DNA of 26,640 nucleotides, taken from the NCBI GenBank assembly GCA_964442725.1, contig CAYTZU010000001.1:1-26640 (forward strand). The letters are read 5' to 3'. Both the position numbers and the translations under genes were made by a program. This document shows positions 1-8,352 of this stretch, one piece after another. Origin of the DNA: an uncultured Pseudomonadota bacterium (GTDB lineage: Bacteria > Babelota > Babeliae > Babelales > GCA-2401785). Under the pieces are notes generated by a model that was not told the origin of the DNA, searched no databases, and saw nothing but the letters and a program-made list of their open reading frames with translations. Numbering within the stretch: the first letter of the stretch is position 1; every line of letters begins with the position of its first letter.

Positions 1-1392
1 CCTCATCACACGCTAATTTTGACAAACATGTTTTTCAAGGGTCTTGATGATTTTGAGGGCAACGGCCTGATTGTCGATCCCACGGCAAAAATAAAAATTT
101 CAAGAACTTCACTTTCGCTGAGCAGTCTTTACACTTTTTCATCAGGAACTCTTTCGGTTTTTGGCGACATTGCAAAAATTGTCTCTCCGGGCTTTGATTT
201 TACAATTACCGGTTCGGCAGTTTTAGAGCTTGATGGAACAACGCTTTGGTTTGACACGCTTGACCAGGCCAACGAATCCCCAGTCAAATTTACCAATGAG
301 TTGACCCAGCGGGTCTCTTTGAATGGTGGAACCATAAAATCGAGCAAAGGCGCCGATGGTGTCAATGGACTTGATGGTTCGCTGCCAGCTTCTGATAAAA
401 CCATAAACGTTGAATTTGCCGAACTGACAACAAACTTTGACATCACAGAGAGCAGCCGCCTAATTTTTGAAAATCCAACCGCTTTTATTCGCAAAATTGA
501 ACTGGATGGACGCGGCTACACAATTCGATTGCCAACCACGGCCAGCAAATATTTCATTATGGATCCAAATGTCCACGTGATCTTTAAAAACGTTGTTCTG
601 CGAGGATTTAATCCCGACGTAATTGACTGGGCCAGTGGGACAAAGATGAGTTTTGGCGAGGGAACAACGCTTGAACTTTCCTGCCCGATAAATTTGGATC
701 GTAGTTTTTCTGTTGTAGGAAGGACCTGCATTGATGGTCGAGGTGCAAGAATTAATCTTTTGCATGATGACGCGCTTCTTGTTGAGCCTCATGCAAATTT
801 AATCATAAGGAACGCAACTGTAATTGGCGCCTCTGGCGGACCTTTTGGTAGGCTTAGGGTGACAGAAAAATCAGCAGCTCCGACCTTTATAACGCTTCAA
901 GATTCTGGCCTTGCATTGGATGAAAATTATACCTTTTCCAACGGTTGTCTTGGTGTTTCATCGGACGCCAAAATATACGGTAGAGATAAGGTTTTTTCCT
1001 TTACCTCGACCGGCTCGATTGTCATTGATCCTAATTCGACCTTGACGCTTGATCACTCGATAACGTTTAGTTATGCACCGAGCATTCAACCCTGGGGGCA
1101 TAATCACTATGCTTCCAGCAAAGAGAGGATTGTTTTTTCCGATCCCAGTTCAACGCTTCATTTAAATGGTTGCACACTTTATTCAACGCACACAGGAATT
1201 CGCCTTAAAGATGGGCGGATTTTAGTTCAAGACGACGTGCAATTTATCAGTGTTGCAGGCATTGACGAGGGACCTTATGGTCATGGTGCGGCTCAAGACG
1301 GCGAGGAGATCGAGATTTTTGATTCAGTTCAAATAAAAATTTTATCTGGATCGGTTTTGTCAATTAATGGAAAAGTTCGATATAGGCTTTAA
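1..1392 (+). CDS. Beta-solenoid/beta-helix repeat protein, 5'-truncated, resembling a family expanded in Dependentiae
   Basis: Frame is open from base 1 (PHHTLILTNM...) to the stop at 1392. It is rich in short beta-strand motifs and has an internal repeat (LSLSSLYTFSSGTLSVFGDIAKI vs LALDENYTFSNGCLGVSSDAKI). The C-terminal STLHLNGCTLYSTHTGIRLKDGRI block is recalled as typical of TM6 proteins. Confidence 0.6.
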   Translation, partial: PHHTLILTNMFFKGLDDFEGNGLIVDPTAKIKISRTSLSLSSLYTFSSGTLSVFGDIAKIVSPGFDFTITGSAVLELDGTTLWFDTLDQANESPVKFTNELTQRVSLNGGTIKSSKGADGVNGLDGSLPASDKTINVEFAELTTNFDITESSRLIFENPTAFIRKIELDGRGYTIRLPTTASKYFIMDPNVHVIFKNVVLRGFNPDVIDWASGTKMSFGEGTTLELSCPINLDRSFSVVGRTCIDGRGARINLLHDDALLVEPHANLIIRNATVIGASGGPFGRLRVTEKSAAPTFITLQDSGLALDENYTFSNGCLGVSSDAKIYGRDKVFSFTSTGSIVIDPNSTLTLDHSITFSYAPSIQPWGHNHYASSKERIVFSDPSSTLHLNGCTLYSTHTGIRLKDGRILVQDDVQFISVAGIDEGPYGHGAAQDGEEIEIFDSVQIKILSGSVLSINGKVRYRL

Positions 1393-1516
1393 ATAAAACA
1401 AAATAGCTAAATTAAGAATCTTATTTTTGTCCATATCATGGAAAAAGTTGTTGGAGTTGAGATAAATAAGACTGGAAATGTGTTTAATTTGTCGATGTTT
1501 TTATAAAGAAAATATT

Positions 1517-2521
1517 ATGAATTATGGATTGTTTGCAAGGCTAAAAAGTTCAATTTTTGTTTTATTTCTCGCGACGAACCTGCTTTTTTGCGTAGAAAAG
1601 AATAAAGAAGCAGAGCCAGAACTAAAAATATCAAAGGAACAAACAAAAAAGGCAATTGATCAAACGATAAAATTAACGCGAGCCAAGCTTGATTCTGCAG
1701 GACGAGACCCTAAAAAATTTGAGGCAGTCATCGTTAATTTTGTTTCAAGGCTTGAAGATTTAGAGGTTGACGAAACGTCCTGGCCAGAAGTTTCATCATT
1801 GATCAAAGATTTGGATGATCAATTTATTAAAGTTTCTAAAGACAACGATTCCTTGAGTAAAAGCACGACTCAAGCAATTGATAAGTTGCGAGAGTTTTTA
1901 AAATTAGGAAATGAAAATTTTGCAGCAGAAAAAGCCTCTCACAAAGAGGAAAAAAATGAAAATGCTCGCCAAGACGAGCATGCTGAAAAAAAAGATGAGT
2001 CTGTTGAGTCCGAAAAAGCTCAAAAGAACGAAAAAGATTATGAAATTGAAATGGCAAGCGGAGATGAAAATAAAACTGATCCGACATTTTCAAAAAAGCA
2101 AGAGGTTGATGAACAGGACAATTTTGATGTTTCAGACTTTATAACAAAAACTAGCCAAGATTTAGTAAAGGTTGATAGCAAAGATGGATTGGAGGCTGAG
2201 GTTTCAAAGCTAGTTTCATTCCTTTCCAAACAAATTTTAACCGATAAAGAAGGCTCTGAAATTGGTGTTTTATTCGATGACAAGTTGAGCTCGCTTTTGA
2301 TGAAGTATGGTCTTGAAGAAAAATTGGCCGATGAATTATCAGATTTGTACGCTCGATTAAAAATTGTCTGGCCGTTTGGAAAAAAAATTGAAATTGAGAA
2401 GGCCCAAAGTTCAGAAAATGTTGAGGTTAAAGCTACAGAGAGTGCGTCCGAGACAAAAGAGGAAAATTCTCATAAATTAGAGACAAGCCCGGAAAATGGC
2501 GATTCAAAAAATAAGGCTTAG
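1517..2521 (+). CDS. Secreted acidic, helical/low-complexity hypothetical protein
   Basis: ATG at 1517 gives a signal-peptide-like N-terminus (MNYGLFARLKSSIFVLFLATNLLFC). Two helical blocks are separated by E/K-rich disordered linkers. Confidence 0.7.
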   Translation: MNYGLFARLKSSIFVLFLATNLLFCVEKNKEAEPELKISKEQTKKAIDQTIKLTRAKLDSAGRDPKKFEAVIVNFVSRLEDLEVDETSWPEVSSLIKDLDDQFIKVSKDNDSLSKSTTQAIDKLREFLKLGNENFAAEKASHKEEKNENARQDEHAEKKDESVESEKAQKNEKDYEIEMASGDENKTDPTFSKKQEVDEQDNFDVSDFITKTSQDLVKVDSKDGLEAEVSKLVSFLSKQILTDKEGSEIGVLFDDKLSSLLMKYGLEEKLADELSDLYARLKIVWPFGKKIEIEKAQSSENVEVKATESASETKEENSHKLETSPENGDSKNKA

Positions 2522-2535
2522 GATTGGTGGTTTTT

Positions 2536-4674
2536 ATGAATGCCAATAGGCTTTTTGCTCATAAGTTTTTCCTCAAATTATTGTTCGTTTTTTGCATCAG
2601 TTCACAGGCCTGGCTTAAATCAGAGATAGTTTTTGGTGATCTTGTTTTAATAAAAAACGTTGCAACCGGTCGTTATTTATCTTCTGGCGAAAAGTCTTTT
2701 AACAACGGCGAACTTGATTTACTCGAAGATGGTGACCGGCGTCACAAGCTTGTCTGGCTCACCTCAAAGGCCGATTATGGCTGTGGGTGGATTGTCAAAG
2801 GCGCTCATTCTGATGACTTGCGATGGAATGTGACTCTGGGCGAAAAGCTCAAAAAGAACCAGAAAATTCGTTTTGAAAACATCGATAATCACTGCAATTT
2901 AAGTGTGACTCGAAAGTCTCGAAACGTCATCGCAGTCAAACGAATAAATCTGCCCCTGGGAATTGGTGTAGATGAGGATAATTTAAAGATAAAATTTGCA
3001 GTAAAAACAGACGATGAACAAAAAGAGTTCGATTTAAAGGCCAATGAAGAATTCAGTCTAATTTTCACAGAAACTGATCCAGAGGTGCATTTATTTGTTG
3101 ATCCAAAAGATGGACTTTTAAAGGTTAAAGAGGAAAAAGATTTAACCGAAGATGAAAAAACTCACGGCCTTTGGGCCTGTGAGCTCGTCCAAAAGAATTT
3201 CGCTCAAAATGATGACAAAAAACTTGATGAATCAATTAAAAGCTTGAGATCAAGCAATGAGTGGTCTGAAGTTACAGGAAGTCTAGTTTCAAAGCTCTTC
3301 ATTTGGCAAGATGAGGCTGAGTCGAAATTTTTAATTTCAACGATTGATTTAGCCGATGGTTACGCTTATTTATCAAACACAGACAACAATAATGCAATCA
3401 ATGAAAAGTTGCCAGACCGCTTTGCCTCAATTTACCTTGAAAATGAACAAATTTTATTTGGAACCAACAAAGAAAAACGAATCAAAAAAATAGAATTAAA
3501 AGACTTGGCAGTGGAAAAAACATTTGATTTACCACAAAAAGGCGAGCTTATTTTCTCATCAAAAGCAGAGGATCTTTATCGACTTGAAAGTGTTGGTTGG
3601 GATCTATTTAAAAGTGAAAAAGTTGCGCCTGAGTTTACTTGGCAAAAGGAGCCGATTTTAAACAATGTTGTTTGCGGGGCGCAGGGAGCTGATGGAACGC
3701 TCTGGTGGATCGATCTTGACGGCAATATTTCAAAAAAGTTGGGCGACAAGCTTCAAAGTGTCTTCAGTCACACTGTTTTTAACAATCCAAAATTTATAAA
3801 AATAAGTGTGGCTGGCACTTGGGACAAAAATTATGTGGCCATTTTGCGTAGTGATGGCAGGGTTTTTTTCTCAAAAGACAATGGTGCTTTTTTCAGCCCA
3901 GGATTAAATCAAGCGCTCGATGTTTCAATTGGTCGAGCTGGCCGAGTTGGCTTGATCGTACGCCGAGCAAATTGGGTCAACGGACCAATTTTTAAATCAA
4001 AATTTGCCGACCTTGAAAAATGGTACAAAGACAATAACAAACAAGAAAAAAATGACTTTAAAGATCCTGCAGCTTTTCTTGATTATTATGCCTACAACTT
4101 TGAGTTGGTCAAACACGGCGCTGCGCAATTATGCCAATTAGTCGTGCATTTCCAGGCAGACAGTGAGGTAATTACCAAGGAGCTCAAAAACCATGATCCA
4201 GCACGAGCTTTTTTCAATGAAAAATTGAGGCCAGCGCTCAAAACAATTGAGCTTGATAATGCGGCAAAACTGGCACTTTCAACGATTGAGAGCGAACTCT
4301 TCCTTCAGGCTGCCGCTCAAGATGAATTGGCAAATATTGCTGAATTGACCGAAAAAAATCTCAAGCTTTCGGCAACTCTTGAAAGCGAAAAGACGGCGGC
4401 CAAAATCGCCTTGGACACTGAGGTCAATAAACGAGTGGCCCTTGAGGACAAACTTAAATTAATCGGCCAGGAGTTTGAGGCTGTTTTATTCCGGCTTGAT
4501 GAATTAGAGCACGAAAACAAAGATCTAAAGGTGCAACTTGAGAACTCTAAAAAAGAAAAAGAACTGGTGACGCCAAAAACTGGTACTGTTGATCAAAAGG
4601 CTGCAATTGAAAAAGATAAATTAGAAAATCCAGACGACCAGCCCATCAAATCGGAAAAAACCGAGGCTGAATAA
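2536..4674 (+). CDS. Secreted protein with MIR-like beta-trefoil, tectonin/propeller-like repeats and C-terminal coiled coil
   Basis: Signal peptide from ATG 2536. MIR-like motifs: FGDLVLIKNVATGRYLSS, WIVKGAH, KIRFENID. Propeller-like repeats: GADGTLWWIDLDGNI, ISVAGTWDKNYVAILRSDGRVF, DVSIGRAGRVG. Heptad-rich tail. Confidence 0.6.
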   Translation: MNANRLFAHKFFLKLLFVFCISSQAWLKSEIVFGDLVLIKNVATGRYLSSGEKSFNNGELDLLEDGDRRHKLVWLTSKADYGCGWIVKGAHSDDLRWNVTLGEKLKKNQKIRFENIDNHCNLSVTRKSRNVIAVKRINLPLGIGVDEDNLKIKFAVKTDDEQKEFDLKANEEFSLIFTETDPEVHLFVDPKDGLLKVKEEKDLTEDEKTHGLWACELVQKNFAQNDDKKLDESIKSLRSSNEWSEVTGSLVSKLFIWQDEAESKFLISTIDLADGYAYLSNTDNNNAINEKLPDRFASIYLENEQILFGTNKEKRIKKIELKDLAVEKTFDLPQKGELIFSSKAEDLYRLESVGWDLFKSEKVAPEFTWQKEPILNNVVCGAQGADGTLWWIDLDGNISKKLGDKLQSVFSHTVFNNPKFIKISVAGTWDKNYVAILRSDGRVFFSKDNGAFFSPGLNQALDVSIGRAGRVGLIVRRANWVNGPIFKSKFADLEKWYKDNNKQEKNDFKDPAAFLDYYAYNFELVKHGAAQLCQLVVHFQADSEVITKELKNHDPARAFFNEKLRPALKTIELDNAAKLALSTIESELFLQAAAQDELANIAELTEKNLKLSATLESEKTAAKIALDTEVNKRVALEDKLKLIGQEFEAVLFRLDELEHENKDLKVQLENSKKEKELVTPKTGTVDQKAAIEKDKLENPDDQPIKSEKTEAE

Positions 4675-4791
4675 AAGAAGGCTTAAATGTGGGTATCCAT
4701 GCTATTCTTGCTTGACAAATAGGGCATGTTGAGTTGCCGTGATCTTCATGCCTTTTGAAGCAAGATTTGTTGATACTTATTAAGATCAATT

Positions 4792-6426
4792 TTAACTTTT
4801 GGCATTGTTTCCTATTGTTTCGTCAGGTATTTTAAAGAATCTGTAAAGCACCTCCTCGGGGACATTGTCGACTTTAATTGTAATCACCCCGTCATGCATT
4901 TTTTCAATTGAGCCCCAGTGCACATTTTTTTCATCAGTGTAAAAGGATGATAATTGTTTATAACTCACTACGTCAAAGAGGTAAACTCTAGATCTAGAAT
5001 CTCCCCCAGCTGGTTTTGCGCAATCGTAGCCTAGCACAACTAGTTTTGTTCCATCTTCATTAAACTTAATGCTCTCTAAAACTGCACAGTCTCCGATATG
5101 TAAAGTTCCACAGGGATGCTTTTTAGATTTGCTCCTATAAAAAAGTCTAATCCAAAACGGGTGTTTTTCAGATTTCCTTGTATCAAAAACTCTAATCCCA
5201 AGGGGGGAGCCTCCAGATTTAACCCCCTTCTTTTGCACATTGCCCACCCAGCTGATGGCGGCAATCAAACCAGTTTTTTCATTGATGCAAATCGAACCGC
5301 TTCTCCCGTTGTAACAATCACAATCTAATAATAATGTACTCTTCCCTTCGAAATCATTGATGAAGAATTGTTCATTATATCTATTTTTCCTTTCATTATT
5401 ATTTCCATTTTGTTTGCGCGTAACAAAACATGGTTCATTGGAAATAGACCCGAACTTTGAGCACAAACTCTCTAAGATTTCCCCTCCTTTAAGTTCTATA
5501 TCTTTTTTCCCCTTAGTTGGGCTCAAAAGAGATATTTTAGTTTTCCCAGTAAGTTCGCCGTCATTTGTCGAAGAAACGATCATGAGAGATCCTGATTTCG
5601 CGTCAAAATCGGCTTTCTTGATCGAATTGGGCTCGATGTCTTCTAAATTAAAAGATGACAGTTGTAAGGGATCGGCTTCTGCTAAATTAATAATGCTTAT
5701 TTGGAAACTTTGGTTTAATTCTTCTTGCTCTCTCTTTATCATTAACATGTGCTTATGATCAGAGCTCAAACAAAAACCCCTAGAGGCTTTGGTCCAGGTC
5801 CAGCACTTCCAGTGAGGTGCGGCATAATAGGATTCGGTATAAATTCTACCTCTGATTCTCAGGAATGGCGGGAGCCCTTTATTTCTTATTTCATACAATG
5901 ATCCCTCCATTGGTGGCTCTCCCACCAATGGCAGTTTTAACTGATGTATTTCTTCCCTCATTTTCGCCTGCAATTCGTCCAATAACTCTTTCGGTAAATG
6001 ATATTTATAAAACCACTTCCACCATTTATTGACCCCTCGGAGAGCAAGGTATCCATCGGTACCTCTTTGTCCAAACCCAACATAGCTAGCAATCATTCCC
6101 CGCAGTTCAACTGGAAGGGCAAGATTGTTTTCTCCTTCATTGGGTTCTGGTTCCTCTTTGTTGATAAAAATCCCTCTTCTGTTGGCCTTTTTAAGCATAG
6201 CTGCCAGTCCAAAAGCTATTAGAGGAATTGAAATAGCGCAGATCATTCCGCATTTTTTGAGCAACCTTTCTCTGCCTCGTTGTTGTTTCCTTCTTGCCTT
6301 TAAGATTTCTCGTTTGTTTTGTCTGGTGGTTGCTGATACTTCATCGGATGCCAAGCAACTATTTTGCTCCAATCCCAAAGCAAGGCTTAAAATAATGAAG
6401 ATTAGTTTCCTTTCAGTTGTCAGCAT
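4792..6426 (-). CDS. Signal peptide + TM anchor + F-box-like motif + WD40/beta-propeller-like protein (candidate effector)
   Basis: LALPVELRGMIASYV...YLALRGVNKWWKWFY fits the F-box consensus (LPxEL...I.SYL...L..VxKxW). Propeller-like strands include IRVFDT and IKFNEDGTKLVV...VYLFDV. Confidence 0.65.
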   Translation of the reverse strand: MLTTERKLIFIILSLALGLEQNSCLASDEVSATTRQNKREILKARRKQQRGRERLLKKCGMICAISIPLIAFGLAAMLKKANRRGIFINKEEPEPNEGENNLALPVELRGMIASYVGFGQRGTDGYLALRGVNKWWKWFYKYHLPKELLDELQAKMREEIHQLKLPLVGEPPMEGSLYEIRNKGLPPFLRIRGRIYTESYYAAPHWKCWTWTKASRGFCLSSDHKHMLMIKREQEELNQSFQISIINLAEADPLQLSSFNLEDIEPNSIKKADFDAKSGSLMIVSSTNDGELTGKTKISLLSPTKGKKDIELKGGEILESLCSKFGSISNEPCFVTRKQNGNNNERKNRYNEQFFINDFEGKSTLLLDCDCYNGRSGSICINEKTGLIAAISWVGNVQKKGVKSGGSPLGIRVFDTRKSEKHPFWIRLFYRSKSKKHPCGTLHIGDCAVLESIKFNEDGTKLVVLGYDCAKPAGGDSRSRVYLFDVVSYKQLSSFYTDEKNVHWGSIEKMHDGVITIKVDNVPEEVLYRFFKIPDETIGNNAKS

Positions 6427-6484
6427 GGTTGTTTTACCCCAAAAATCAGTTAAGCCTAAGTTGTGCTATAAATTTTGCTCTGTT

Positions 6485-6808
6485 TTAAAGGCCCAAGTCT
6501 TTCCACCATTTGTCGCAGAAATACTCCTCAGGAACTTTTGAAAGCTGTTTTTTATCCAAAATGTTGTAAACGCCAAACTTTTCGCGAATTGTGTCGGCCC
6601 ACTCTCTGGCAAGGTCGGCTGGCAGCTCTTTTCCGCATGCTGGGCAATAAAAAATGTCATAGACGACCAAATATTGTCCTTTTTTTCGATATGCTGGCGG
6701 CAGGCTGAAAAACCTTATTCTGCGCTTTTCCGGCTCATATTGAAGCGGACTCTCCGGATCCTGATACAAATTATACAGGTTTTGGCAACACAAAAGGCTT
6801 TTTTCCAT
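6485..6808 (-). CDS. Small Cys-containing conserved hypothetical protein (DUF6980-like)
   Basis: CC near the N-terminus, IFYCPACGKELP, and a C-terminal PEEYFCDKWW. This pattern is recalled from a family seen in intracellular bacteria. Confidence 0.6.
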   Translation of the reverse strand: MEKSLLCCQNLYNLYQDPESPLQYEPEKRRIRFFSLPPAYRKKGQYLVVYDIFYCPACGKELPADLAREWADTIREKFGVYNILDKKQLSKVPEEYFCDKWWKDLGL

Positions 6809-6977
6809 GGGTTTTTAAAACCAAAATTTCTAATTAATTATGCTTTAAAGATCGTTGCTAGGATAATATAAGCAGAATTGCTTGGCAAAAGATGGGGTCG
6901 GACTTTTAAAAATTGCTCGTTTTTGCCAGTTTTTAGTAGGACCTTAGATAAAAATTGCAAATTTTAGGTAAGTTCAG

Positions 6978-7006
6978 TTGTCATAAATCGATCTCTAGGT
7001 TAAATT
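6978..7006 (+). promoter_or_regulatory. Putative sigma70 promoter of tRNA-Ser
   Basis: TTGTCA (6978-6983), 17-nt spacer, TAAATT (7001-7006), 38 nt upstream of the tRNA 5' end. Confidence 0.5.
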
Positions 7007-7044
7007 ACTGCGTTCCTTAATTTTTTAGTAAATTAAGGGCAACT

Positions 7045-7136
7045 GGAGAGGTGGCAGAGTGGTTGAATGCAGCGGTCTTGAAAACCGCCATGCCGGGAGA
7101 CCGGCATCGTGGGTTCGAATCCCACCCTCTCCACCA
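7045..7136 (+). tRNA. tRNA-Ser (anticodon TGA), CCA encoded
   Basis: Acceptor stem GGAGAGG/CCTCTCC; anticodon arm GCGGT-CTTGAAA-ACCGC; long variable arm ATGCCGG-GAGA-CCGGCAT; T arm GTGGG-TTCGAAT-CCCAC; 3' end ACCA. Confidence 0.97.
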
Positions 7137-7166
7137 GTTTTTCAATGAAACTCTTATTTTCCAATG

Positions 7167-8267
7167 TTATTGATCAACTGAAGTTAAAGCGCGAAAAGGT
7201 TCTGCCAATCTATATTTCCTCGATTTGTTAGACGGATCAGCGATTTCCAAAAAACCCACTTGAGTCCATTTTCTACAAAGTGCGGCACTAGTTTGTTGCG
7301 TAAAGCCGAATAGATCGCCGATTTGTTTGGCACTAATCAGGTCATATTCTTTGAACAATTCTAGAACTTTACGTTGTTTTGCGTCCAACGTGCGAATTAA
7401 CTGAGAGTGATCTTTTTGGCCTCTATCCTTGCTTGAAATCATCTGAGAGACGACCTTTTCAAAAGCAAAAGCCATGCCTTGTATAAAATATTCGATCCAG
7501 GAAGTAATATCGCTTTGGGCTCTTCCAAGGTAATAATTGTGGGATGGTCCGATGCTTATGGCCCTGTAATAACCAAGTAAATTTTTTGCGTAATATTCCT
7601 CAAGAGAATAAAGGCCTTTTAAGTCATAGCCACCCAAATGCAAAATTAATGTTGTTAGCAATCGACTTGTTCGGCCATTGCCATCGTAATAAGGGTGAAT
7701 TGTGGCGAATTGATAATGTGCAATGCTTGCAACAATTGGACATGGCAAATCTTTACTCTCTTGGATCCAGGACGCCAAATCGTGCATTAGGATGGGCACA
7801 TCTCGAAATTCCGGCGGCATATAAACAATTCTTCCGGTTCCACCGTCTTTGATAACATTTTGTCCATCACGATAAGGGGTGGGCAAAATTCGAGATCGGC
7901 CGTTGCTCATGACCAGGGCATGCAGTGTTTGAATAACCTTTTCCGTTACCGGATGCTTTTGTGCAGCGTATTGTTCAAGTTGAGCCAATGCTGCGTAATA
8001 GCCCCTAACTTCATGTTCATCTCGTTCTCTGCCTGGGAAGTGACCTTTGAGAGTGATGACTTCTTTGATCTCATCGGGTTTTAATTGATTGCCTTCAATC
8101 ATTGTTGAATAATGTGTTGTAAACAGCTTTGCCGTCTCGCGCAGAGAGGCAAGGACTGTGGGATTGACGGGCAAGAAAAAAACTTTTTCTTTAGCGGCCT
8201 CAATTTTCATGAGGTATTCAGCAATAATTGGGGTGATTTGAAATACAGGTTTAAAATTGCTTGGCAT
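7167..8267 (-). CDS. Fic-domain protein (class II, internal inhibitory helix) with C-terminal winged HTH
   Basis: Fic motif HPYYDGNGRTSR; N-terminal inhibitory (S/T)xxxE(G/N) motif STMIEG; wHTH-like tail QRKVLELF...ISAKQIGDLFG...GFLEI...KYRL. Confidence 0.92.
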   Translation of the reverse strand: MPSNFKPVFQITPIIAEYLMKIEAAKEKVFFLPVNPTVLASLRETAKLFTTHYSTMIEGNQLKPDEIKEVITLKGHFPGRERDEHEVRGYYAALAQLEQYAAQKHPVTEKVIQTLHALVMSNGRSRILPTPYRDGQNVIKDGGTGRIVYMPPEFRDVPILMHDLASWIQESKDLPCPIVASIAHYQFATIHPYYDGNGRTSRLLTTLILHLGGYDLKGLYSLEEYYAKNLLGYYRAISIGPSHNYYLGRAQSDITSWIEYFIQGMAFAFEKVVSQMISSKDRGQKDHSQLIRTLDAKQRKVLELFKEYDLISAKQIGDLFGFTQQTSAALCRKWTQVGFLEIADPSNKSRKYRLAEPFRALTSVDQ

Positions 8268-8304
8268 AAAAGAGGCCCAAAAATTCTGGTTTTTATTCTT
8301 GCAT

Positions 8305-8345
8305 ATCGATATTTTAACGATAAAACAACGATAAGTTAACGATAA
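8305..8345 (-). promoter_or_regulatory. Phased operator-like repeat array overlapping a putative fic promoter
   Basis: AACGATAA at 8316, 8327 and 8338, plus degenerate ATCGATAT at 8305, all with exact 11-bp period. On the minus strand, TTAACT (8339-8334), N17, TAAAAT (8316-8311) lies inside the array. Confidence 0.65.
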
Positions 8346-8352
8346 ATTAATA

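Noticed and set aside
4707-4764. Imperfect inverted repeat between convergent genes (CTTGCTT..GGGCATG / CATGCCT..AAGCAAG)
   Set aside because: It has a large loop, an interrupted stem and no clear U tract, and I saw no second copy. Too weak to call a terminator, sRNA or REP element.
6466-6871. Alternative overlapping ORFs around the DUF6980-like gene
   Set aside because: Only 6485-6808 (-) has a recognisable motif pattern and fits the local gene orientation.
8305-8345. Short repeat array as CRISPR or plasmid iterons
   Set aside because: The units are 8 bp with 3-bp gaps, there are no spacers, and no cas or rep gene is nearby; it fits an operator better.
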